A stretch of DNA of 12,900 bases from Bdellovibrionales bacterium (GCA_050246815.1 JBFWVI010000071.1:1-12900); one strand, 5' to 3'. Counted from the first letter of the stretch, positions 1-7,279 are shown. Made by a program: numbers and translations. Notes: generated by a model not told the origin, from the letters alone.

Positions 1-305
1 TCAGGTCCTTGGTAAAAAAACACGGTCAAAGCCCCAGCTTCGCCACCAGGACCTTGTATGGGGTGAGCTGAAAAATTGCGATAGCCATAGTTTTCTGCTG
101 CGGATAATTGGCCGCTATAGACGTACACAAGACTTTTGAGTTCGCCATTTTGCCAGGCCGTCAGGTGTGATTTTAGGCCACATTCCGGTTTATTAAATGG
201 CGGTCTGTTGCCAGGAGCATTGACTGAACCCATGCGTGCCTGGCTGCAGGCCATAACCGTGAGCAAAGACCCCATGATCATGATGAAATTCACGATATTT
301 TTCAT
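1..305 (-). CDS. Putative lipoprotein, N-terminal part only (runs off the window's left edge); not in the supplied ORF track
   Basis: Manual translation from ATG at 305: MKNIVNFIMIMGSLLTVMACSQARMGSVNAPGNRPPFNKPECGLKSHLTAWQNGELKSLVYVYSGQLSAAENYGYRNFSAHPIQGPGGEAGALTVFFYQGP..., with no stop before base 1. A hydrophobic signal ends in lipobox-like VMA|C. Confidence 0.75.
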   Translation of the reverse strand, partial: MKNIVNFIMIMGSLLTVMACSQARMGSVNAPGNRPPFNKPECGLKSHLTAWQNGELKSLVYVYSGQLSAAENYGYRNFSAHPIQGPGGEAGALTVFFYQGP

Positions 306-378
306 GCCTTATATTAAGAATCTTAAAAGAACGATGCAAGGTCAGGCTTGATAAAGACTCTATGTTACATAATATAAC

Positions 379-386
379 TTATCGGC
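379..386 (-). promoter_or_regulatory. Candidate sigma28 (FliA) -10 element upstream of the lipoprotein gene
   Basis: Exact GCCGATAA on the - strand in the divergent intergenic region, about 74 nt upstream of ATG 305. The -35 element is a poor fit (GAAAG with a short spacer). Confidence 0.4.
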
Positions 387-451
387 GAGATTTGTGACTT
401 TCATTTCTCATTACCTCTTAACTTCGCCATACTGTTTCTAGGAGGTCGTCG

Positions 452-1264
452 ATGGGAAGGTCCTTAGTTCTTTTGTCTGTATTTTTATCCTGCCCTTTTG
501 TTTTTGCGGATCGCTTAGCCGAGTTCACATTAAATCGAGACATAAATGTCACCATTCTAGGTCCCGTTTTGGTGGGCAATAAAGATGATTACACTGTCAT
601 ATCTGAAAGAGGCCGAACCATTTTAGCAAAAAAGGACTATCGACTTGAGCAGATCCACGCGCCCTATGGCTGGACCGTCTCAGAGGTTATGCGCATTCAA
701 AATCAAGGCCCGGTAAGCCAAGGGTTCGCTCGTCTGGCCACGCTTGATCGGGAATCGAATGTCCAATCCTACACTCAATGCGGGGCTACTGATGTCGACG
801 CCGTGGGTTTGAAAAAAATTGGTCTTGATCGCAAAAGTGCCGACCTTTTTTCATGCGCCACAGTGACGCCTGCAATTTGCGCTGAAGTGGCGAAGATCGG
901 GGCCCTGAGCGCTGAAGACTTTGATGCCAAAGTGTCAGTTTGCCAAGACCTTGATCAGGCCAAAAAAAATCTGTTCGATCTTACTCGGCAATCGCTCTAC
1001 TCACAGCTTCGTAATAAGCATTTACAGGATTTGTCGAACTCATACTCCAAAATGCTTCGCCCAGAGTCTAGTCTGCGTAACAAGGTCCTTGATTCGAGCA
1101 AGGCCACACCCGGAACCATTCATTCAGCTATTGATTTCGATGCCGAAAAGGCCAAAGAACAAGGACAGTTTCTAGGATTCATGTTTCGCGCTTGCGACCA
1201 TCTGAAAATACTTGCAAAGCCCAAAACGCGCGTCGACGGCGACAAAAGCACAATCACACAATAA
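452..1264 (+). CDS. Hypothetical secreted protein, 270 aa, several Cys
   Basis: Long ORF with AGGAGG RBS at 440-445 and a Sec-type signal peptide ending in VFA|D. No family recognised. Confidence 0.8.
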   Translation: MGRSLVLLSVFLSCPFVFADRLAEFTLNRDINVTILGPVLVGNKDDYTVISERGRTILAKKDYRLEQIHAPYGWTVSEVMRIQNQGPVSQGFARLATLDRESNVQSYTQCGATDVDAVGLKKIGLDRKSADLFSCATVTPAICAEVAKIGALSAEDFDAKVSVCQDLDQAKKNLFDLTRQSLYSQLRNKHLQDLSNSYSKMLRPESSLRNKVLDSSKATPGTIHSAIDFDAEKAKEQGQFLGFMFRACDHLKILAKPKTRVDGDKSTITQ

Positions 1265-1274
1265 AGCGTTGATC

Positions 1275-1850
1275 TTATATTTTGCTGATGCCGACAATAA
1301 AGGCCTCAAAACTGCCTTTGCGAACCGCTTCGGGCTTAACCCGATGAACTTTCTTAAACATCTGCTTGGCCTGTTTGACGATTTTGTCCGCATCTGGACC
1401 TTCAAAAATCTTCATCGTCATATGCCCACCCGGCTTCAGATACTTCTCTGTAATCGTCAAAACCATACGACAAAGCTCTTCACTCATGGCCTGATCGCGC
1501 AAGCGAATTCCCGTGGTGTTGGGTGCCATATCGCTGATTACACAATCGTAAAGCGCACCGAAATGTTCAGGATCTAAAGTTAAAATATCGGCTTGAATGA
1601 ATTCCGAGTTGGCGGTTTTTTGAATCTCAACGGGTTTAAGATCAATTCCTAGCAAGTGCCCGCTTGGACCAATGATTTTTAAAGTGACTTGGCTCCAAGA
1701 GCCTGGCGAACAGCCCAGATCCAGAACCCGATCACCAGACCGCAGCAGCTTGTATTTCTTTTGCAAATCTTGCAGCTTGTACGCCGAGCGCGCAACGAAA
1801 CCGTCTTTTTTTGCTTTGTGAAAAAAATGATCTTTTGGATTATAGGCCAT
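1275..1850 (-). CDS. rlmE: 23S rRNA (uridine-2'-O)-methyltransferase RlmE/FtsJ
   Basis: Motifs ARSAYKL, VLDLGCSPGSWSQ, ISDMAPNTTG, KIFEG, KPEAVRKGSFE (K-D-K-E tetrad). ATG at 1850 (MAYNPKDHFF) is preferred over TTG at 1871. Confidence 0.95.
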   Translation of the reverse strand: MAYNPKDHFFHKAKKDGFVARSAYKLQDLQKKYKLLRSGDRVLDLGCSPGSWSQVTLKIIGPSGHLLGIDLKPVEIQKTANSEFIQADILTLDPEHFGALYDCVISDMAPNTTGIRLRDQAMSEELCRMVLTITEKYLKPGGHMTMKIFEGPDADKIVKQAKQMFKKVHRVKPEAVRKGSFEAFIVGISKI

Positions 1851-1874
1851 GACGCGTGAATATACGGCCAATTC

Positions 1875-2348
1875 TTAAGGATTGGCAGCGCTTTTTAAAG
1901 CTTCATGCGTTTCAGGCTTCACATTCATCACGCGACGCAGTTCCACCAGCTTCTTGTTCATCGCGCGAATTTGTCGCGGGATTTGACCCTGGCGGCAATC
2001 GTTAAGGCGATCCAAGGGCTCAGTCAGATCTGAGCCATCAATAGAAGCAGTTTCAAGCTCTTCATCACAAGCTAATGCGCATTGCTGCTGCACTGAAAGG
2101 CAGGACCTTTTCAAACCTTCTAATTTCGTTTCTTCATCACGAATTACACGTTTACGGGTTTGGCTGGAAACGATACTTAAGGCGTCCGCGTTCACCGCAT
2201 GTTCATGTGCGGCGCAAGCGCTCACCGCTTTGCGATGAACATCCTGACAAGTCAATTTGCCCTCTATTGCATAAGCAGCAGATGCAGCCATGCCATGACC
2301 CAAAACGAGACTGAAAATTAAACTGATTTTTCTAAGTGTTTGAACCAA
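1875..2348 (-). CDS. Hypothetical secreted helical protein with 6 Cys
   Basis: TTG start preceded by AAGGGGGG. Signal peptide ends in AYA|I. Cys at residues 34, 45, 83, 90, 94 and 118. Confidence 0.75.
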   Translation of the reverse strand: MVQTLRKISLIFSLVLGHGMAASAAYAIEGKLTCQDVHRKAVSACAAHEHAVNADALSIVSSQTRKRVIRDEETKLEGLKRSCLSVQQQCALACDEELETASIDGSDLTEPLDRLNDCRQGQIPRQIRAMNKKLVELRRVMNVKPETHEALKSAANP

Positions 2349-2524
2349 GTTGCCCCCCTTGCCTGATGACTATCGGTACAAAGGTCGTACCAACTCCACT
2401 CCATTCTGGTCCGGGTGTGATGCATTAAACTTCGACAACTGTCAAAAAGCTGATGGGCGTTTCATTTTGTCCTGTCTTAAAATGAGATCGCCATGAAAAA
2501 AATGAAATTTATCGAGATGTTGGC

Positions 2525-3502
2525 TTATTCAACTAAGATGTCACTTTGGTTTTTCAGGCCCCATAAAATCAGACATCTGCTACTGGCCACGGCCCACTGT
2601 ACTTGTCGTTTTTCTGGCTGAGTCGCAATCGCAATGGCTGCGAATCTATACCCCTCTTGAAGCGCTGACTGAAAACAATCTCGCAGCGCCGTATCCAAGG
2701 AATCCCCCTTTTCAACGGCCAAAGCCAAACGTGGACCCACCGCGTGCGCCATGATTTGCTCTCCAATACCCGTGCAACTGACCGCTACCCGACGTGTGCA
2801 ATAATTGCCTGCAATGGTGGGGGAATCGCCCACTCGGCCAGGGGTTTCATTGCCAACTCCGCCCGTGCTTGTTGTGGCGGCAAGATGAAATTCAGAATCT
2901 ACGGCCACGGCGCCCACCGTGCCACTGCGTCCGCCCGCCCAGCCCTCATGTAAAGCTTTTCTTTTGTGTTCTATCCAACGGTTGAAACGATTTTCTGTCA
3001 CAATCGTACGCCGTGGGACCTGTAACTGATCTGACAGTTGGCGCACGCCCACACTGTCCAGCACCGAAAAACGTTCTCGCTGAAGCCACCAGGCCAACTG
3101 CGAAGGATGCTCCAGGTCCGTTGCATTCATTACCGCCGAAAAGGCGCGCTTGCCACTTTCCATAAACGAAGCGCTGACTCGCGCCACCCCATCAGCTTGC
3201 AAACTTGCACCTAGACCAGCGTTCAAGAGAGGCTCCGACTCCATGGCCCAGACGGCGCTTAAGCTTTTCCTTGAGGCCTGGCTCAATGCGGTCCACTGCC
3301 GCTGCAAATCTTGAATCGAATCGACGGGGGCGTCCTCACTCATTTGGCTCAACATACGCCTTAGAAAAGACTGCCCCTCTAGATAATGAGGTCCCTGCGG
3401 ATCTTGTGGCCCGGCCCCACCGTGAACAAGAAGCAACGGGGATTTGAGGTCCACTTTGATGCACTCAGTGCGAAGCCAAATTTGATCTTGCGGTGCGGAC
3501 AT
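2525..3502 (-). CDS. iaaA: Isoaspartyl peptidase / plant-type L-asparaginase (Ntn hydrolase)
   Basis: HGGAG, NAG.G, G|TVGAVA (autocleavage Thr nucleophile), TSTGG, GRVGDSP and SCTGIGE motifs. Confidence 0.92.
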   Translation of the reverse strand: MSAPQDQIWLRTECIKVDLKSPLLLVHGGAGPQDPQGPHYLEGQSFLRRMLSQMSEDAPVDSIQDLQRQWTALSQASRKSLSAVWAMESEPLLNAGLGASLQADGVARVSASFMESGKRAFSAVMNATDLEHPSQLAWWLQRERFSVLDSVGVRQLSDQLQVPRRTIVTENRFNRWIEHKRKALHEGWAGGRSGTVGAVAVDSEFHLAATTSTGGVGNETPGRVGDSPTIAGNYCTRRVAVSCTGIGEQIMAHAVGPRLALAVEKGDSLDTALRDCFQSALQEGYRFAAIAIATQPEKRQVQWAVASSRCLILWGLKNQSDILVE

Positions 3503-3510
3503 AAATTATG

Positions 3511-3539
3511 GGTGTACCGGCCTTAGGTCGAGACGTCAA
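3511..3539 (-). promoter_or_regulatory. Candidate sigma70 promoter for iaaA
   Basis: TTGACG-N17-TACACC on the - strand, ending 8 nt before ATG 3502. Confidence 0.35.
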
Positions 3540-3545
3540 ACATCT

Positions 3546-3572
3546 CAAAGGCTCGCTTTAAAAAGCCGAAAA
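3546..3572 (+). promoter_or_regulatory. Candidate sigma28 (FliA) promoter for the PilZ cluster
   Basis: CAAA-N15-GCCGAAAA against consensus TAAA-N15-GCCGATAA: one mismatch per box, exact spacing, 10 nt before ATG 3583. Confidence 0.55.
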
Positions 3573-3582
3573 CAATATTGAT

Positions 3583-4341
3583 ATGGGCAATGCTTGGTGG
3601 CGACGAATTTGGCAAAAACGAATCACGGTGGAATCGCCGGCGACATCCGCGCCTTTTTTGGCCCGCGAGCATGGCCTTGATCGACGTCTAAAAGCCCGGG
3701 TTCGCTTGCCGGCACACAACGCCGATTACCTGCCCATTTTTAAAAATAGCTCTCGCGAATTGACCGTTGTTGACTTAAGTGTGGGCGGGGTTTGCCTGCT
3801 CGACTTTCAAGATTTTTTACTCAACCACCTGAGCCAAACCGTACCCTTAACCCTGCAATGGCCTGATCGCGAAGAATGGATCATGGCGCGGGTGGCCGGG
3901 GTTTCACGGCATACACATCGTCACCTGCAGTTTTTAGAGCTGTCCGAACAATCGCAAAAACAAATCAAAGTCTTGGTACAGATGGGCAGCTACGGACAAA
4001 AGATCACCCAAGTACGCGACTTGAAACAAAGTCCCGCGCAATTGCTGGTGACCGAACTCTGGACCGGCCTGCAAGGTGATGGCTTGGTTTTTTACGACTC
4101 TGCCGACACTTTGGCCGAACTCACTATGGGACTTATCACTGTTCGCTTTCACCACAGCATCGCCCCACAAGTGGTGTTGGATCCAGATCGCAACAAAACC
4201 CGTCCAGCCCTGAACAAAGAAATCTCGGATGCTTTGATATGCTTGGCCAATATTCCTGAGCCGTCCGGAAGATTGAAAGATCTGCTGCTTCGCTTAAGCA
4301 CGCCTACCCAGCCCTGGTTGACCACAGGGAGCGGCGTATGA
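3583..4341 (+). CDS. PilZ-domain (c-di-GMP receptor) protein with uncharacterised C-terminal domain
   Basis: RxxxR (R35-LKA-R39) followed 24 residues later by DxSxxG (DLSVGG, 64-69). The stop overlaps the next start (ATGA at 4338-4341). Confidence 0.85.
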   Translation: MGNAWWRRIWQKRITVESPATSAPFLAREHGLDRRLKARVRLPAHNADYLPIFKNSSRELTVVDLSVGGVCLLDFQDFLLNHLSQTVPLTLQWPDREEWIMARVAGVSRHTHRHLQFLELSEQSQKQIKVLVQMGSYGQKITQVRDLKQSPAQLLVTELWTGLQGDGLVFYDSADTLAELTMGLITVRFHHSIAPQVVLDPDRNKTRPALNKEISDALICLANIPEPSGRLKDLLLRLSTPTQPWLTTGSGV

Positions 4342-6383
4342 GCATTATGGTCAGCTTTGACAATTTCGCCCCCCGCCTGCGCAAGGGTCGGGTTATTCCA
4401 CAGGGGCGTCGCTTGATTTACGAAACGGAAGATGGCGAAAAGCAAATCGTGCTACCAATTGAAATGGCCGATGCCATTTTGCTTGCCACTGGCAAATACA
4501 CCATGCGCCAAATCATCGAAAAAATCTTCAAGCTGAAGGGATCCTTGCACTTCCGAACTCTATTTAAAACTATCCATCAACTGCGTGACCACGGTTTTTT
4601 AGAAAATGGCGAGGAACTTGAAAGTCATAGTTGGTGGACATCACCTTATCATGAGCAAAAGTCTTGGACTATGGACCTGACCGTGGTGCGTCGCAAAACC
4701 TTACGTCGCCCACGAACTCTTCACTTCTATTTCTTAGGTTTGGCTGTAGTGGCTTTGTCACTGTTGAGCATGTTGGACATGCCTTGGCCGCCACTCAGCA
4801 AACAAAATTTTGCGATGAATGGGTCCCTCATGTGGAGCGTGCTCATCTGCTGGGCCTTCAATTCTTTGCTGCAGACGATCCAGTCTCTTTTTAAAACCGT
4901 GTTTCAATTGCTGTTGACCGGCAATATGTTTGGCTTGAGCCTGAGGATCGCGCCATGGGGCGTGTATTTGCGCGCCACCGATGAACCCATCTTCCTTATT
5001 ACGAACCGATTATTCTTGATGTTGTATCACGCGGCCACTTTGTTGACGCCGTTTTTGGCGTCATGGCCGCTCCAATTGCTGGATTCGAATTACTACAGTT
5101 TTGCAATCGCAATCTGCATGGGTAAGCTGATGATTGACCTTTCGCCATTTACTTCAAGTTTGTTTATGCAAACCGTGCGCTCCATGTTGAGCCTTGGTCA
5201 GAGTGATCTGATTGCAGGCTACTTGCGTGAGGATTCACTTTTGGCTCTTCTTAGTCCCGTTGACCGCCCCTCATCGAACCGGCGTTTGCATCGCTATTTT
5301 ACAATCTATATTCTGAGTTGGGCGGCGTTCAGCCTATGGTTCTGTTCAATCGGCCTGCATGGCGCTAGCCGCCAAGTCGCAACTGATCCATGGGCCTCTT
5401 TGTTTTGTTGGACAATTTTCTGTACGGCGGTGGTTTGGATCGCGGCCCGAGTCATGCGTCACATGAGTCCCCTGATGGTTAAACCCATGATGCGAATTTT
5501 TGCTTTGCTGCGCAGCTGGGTGCGAGCTTGGCGGCCAATCAAATGGACACCAGAAAAAACCATGAATGCACTGACAGAACTTCCGCTGTTCTCTTATTTC
5601 AGTAAACCTTTACTTGAGATGATCTTGAAGGAATCACAAATCAATGAAATTCGTGGCGGCTCACGTCTGATCACCCAAGGTGAAATCGGTCGCGATTTGT
5701 TTGTCTTACTGCAGGGCACGCTGCTGGTGGAGCGTTCAAGCTTTGACCAAGGGCGTACCCAGCTCAGCATTCTGCGCCCAGTCACGATATTTGGCGAAAC
5801 GGCTATCATCGAAGAAAGCGAACGCGGCGCTGACGTGATTGCTCGTGAAACATCAACAGTGCTCAAAATCCCCACCCACGTGTTGCGTTTTGCGGCTAAA
5901 GAGTCCCAATACGTACGCGAGATCGAGGCCTTTCGCAACGCGATCACCGTGAATCAATTCTTCACTTCAGCGCCGATGTTCAAGGATCTGCCCGAAGACA
6001 CAGTTCATGACATCACGATGCGCTCCAGCCTGCGTCACTTGAGTCCTAATGAACACATTATTCGCCAAGGATCCCAAGGCCGCAGCTTCTTCATGGTGCT
6101 ACGCGGAGCCGTGGAAGTGCGCATCAATGAGCAGCCTGTAAAAAAAATCCGCCAGGGGGGCTTTTTTGGCGAAATCGCCTTGATTGCCGATATCCCTCGC
6201 ACTGCCTCGGTGGTCACCGTCGAAAACTCTGTGATTATGGAGATGGCTGCGGTCAATTTTTGGGAAATTCTGTGTCAAAACATTGAGCTTGCGATGTTTA
6301 TTGAAGCCGTGGGCGAATCCCGCTTATCTGAAGATTTAATGAACAACAGCGATGAGCCTGAGCCCTCCGAAAAAGCAGGCTGA
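4338..6383 (+). CDS. Polytopic membrane protein with two C-terminal cNMP-binding domains; N-terminal PqqD/RRE-like winged helix and degenerate M50-like region
   Basis: Hydrophobic segments between about aa 128 and 395. cNMP signatures LPLFS...ITQGEIG..LFVLLQG...FGETAIIEESERGADV and APMFKDL...IIRQGSQG.SFFMVLRGAVEV...FFGEIALIADIPRTASV. The RRE and M50 assignments are less certain than the cNMP call. Confidence 0.88.
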   Translation: MSIMVSFDNFAPRLRKGRVIPQGRRLIYETEDGEKQIVLPIEMADAILLATGKYTMRQIIEKIFKLKGSLHFRTLFKTIHQLRDHGFLENGEELESHSWWTSPYHEQKSWTMDLTVVRRKTLRRPRTLHFYFLGLAVVALSLLSMLDMPWPPLSKQNFAMNGSLMWSVLICWAFNSLLQTIQSLFKTVFQLLLTGNMFGLSLRIAPWGVYLRATDEPIFLITNRLFLMLYHAATLLTPFLASWPLQLLDSNYYSFAIAICMGKLMIDLSPFTSSLFMQTVRSMLSLGQSDLIAGYLREDSLLALLSPVDRPSSNRRLHRYFTIYILSWAAFSLWFCSIGLHGASRQVATDPWASLFCWTIFCTAVVWIAARVMRHMSPLMVKPMMRIFALLRSWVRAWRPIKWTPEKTMNALTELPLFSYFSKPLLEMILKESQINEIRGGSRLITQGEIGRDLFVLLQGTLLVERSSFDQGRTQLSILRPVTIFGETAIIEESERGADVIARETSTVLKIPTHVLRFAAKESQYVREIEAFRNAITVNQFFTSAPMFKDLPEDTVHDITMRSSLRHLSPNEHIIRQGSQGRSFFMVLRGAVEVRINEQPVKKIRQGGFFGEIALIADIPRTASVVTVENSVIMEMAAVNFWEILCQNIELAMFIEAVGESRLSEDLMNNSDEPEPSEKAG

Positions 6384-6430
6384 TCTATTGACTAAGCCCC
6401 TGCTTGTCTTCGACAATCAGAGGCGATTTT

Positions 6431-7279
6431 ATGCGTATTTTATTTGCCCTTCTTATTTTTTGCCCCCCTCTCTTCGCACAGACAGCGGACCAGCCGCTTA
6501 GCGCAGAAGCAGTCTGCCGCGAAGACTTGGCCTTGATACCAGGCAAACTCACAGCTGAAGAAACATCCGCGCTCTGCAGCAAAATGCAGCATCTACCCAA
6601 CTGCGCCAGTGAACAGGGCCGCCCGATTCTGCACTATGAACGAATGGGTACCACCAGCAAGGGCCGACGTATTCTTGCAATGTCCTTGATTCACGGGGAC
6701 GAGCTCCCCTCTGGGGCGGTGACACGCTCATGGATTCAACGCCTCGAAAAAATTGAGCCTCGCAACTCCTGGAGAGTGATTCCAGTGGCCAACCCCGACG
6801 GCTTGCGCAGCAAAAGCCGCACCAATTCAAAAGGTGTGGATTTGAATCGTAATTTTCCGACCAAAGAGTGGGTTGAGTCCGCTTTGAAGAGTTGGGTAAA
6901 TCTGACCAAATCAGACCCACGCCGTTACCCTGGCCCAAGTTCTGCCAGCGAGGCCGAAACAAAATGTCTGCTCCAGCACTTCGAGGCCTTTAAGCCTGAT
7001 TTTATAATCTCCATTCACACGCCAATTGGGGTGCTGGATTTTGACGGGCCACCGGTTCGAGTTCCCAAAGCATCACCATTACCCTGGTCGCCGCTTGGTA
7101 ATTTCCCAGGCAGCTTGGGCCGCTATATGTGGAAAGACAACAATATCCCAGTGTTAACAATTGAACTTAAAGGTAATTCAGGGGCGGCGAAGCTAGAGCA
7201 AATTGATCATCTTCAAGACATTTCGGGTTCGATAGCCATTGAAGCCAATCAAAAACGCCCGACTGAGGTGAAAAATTAA
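6431..7279 (+). CDS. M14 zinc carboxypeptidase, MpaA-like (murein peptide amidase), with signal peptide
   Basis: IHGDE (HxxE), ANPDG, RTNSKGVDLNRNFP, SEAET, ISIH and catalytic TIEL motifs. ATG at 6431 follows GAGG and starts a signal peptide MRILFALLIFCPPLFA|Q. Confidence 0.88.
   Translation: MRILFALLIFCPPLFAQTADQPLSAEAVCREDLALIPGKLTAEETSALCSKMQHLPNCASEQGRPILHYERMGTTSKGRRILAMSLIHGDELPSGAVTRSWIQRLEKIEPRNSWRVIPVANPDGLRSKSRTNSKGVDLNRNFPTKEWVESALKSWVNLTKSDPRRYPGPSSASEAETKCLLQHFEAFKPDFIISIHTPIGVLDFDGPPVRVPKASPLPWSPLGNFPGSLGRYMWKDNNIPVLTIELKGNSGAAKLEQIDHLQDISGSIAIEANQKRPTEVKN

Noticed and set aside
136..351. 71-aa + strand ORF
   Set aside because: It is the antisense shadow of the - strand lipoprotein gene starting at 305, which has a proper signal peptide.
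4338..4620. RiPP biosynthetic cluster suggested by the RRE-like domain
   Set aside because: No precursor peptide, modifying enzyme, HlyD or ABC exporter is in the window, and the protease motif is absent.
4700..5540. Cyclic nucleotide-gated channel or MscS
   Set aside because: No GYG selectivity filter or recognisable MscS pattern; an M50-like layout fits better.
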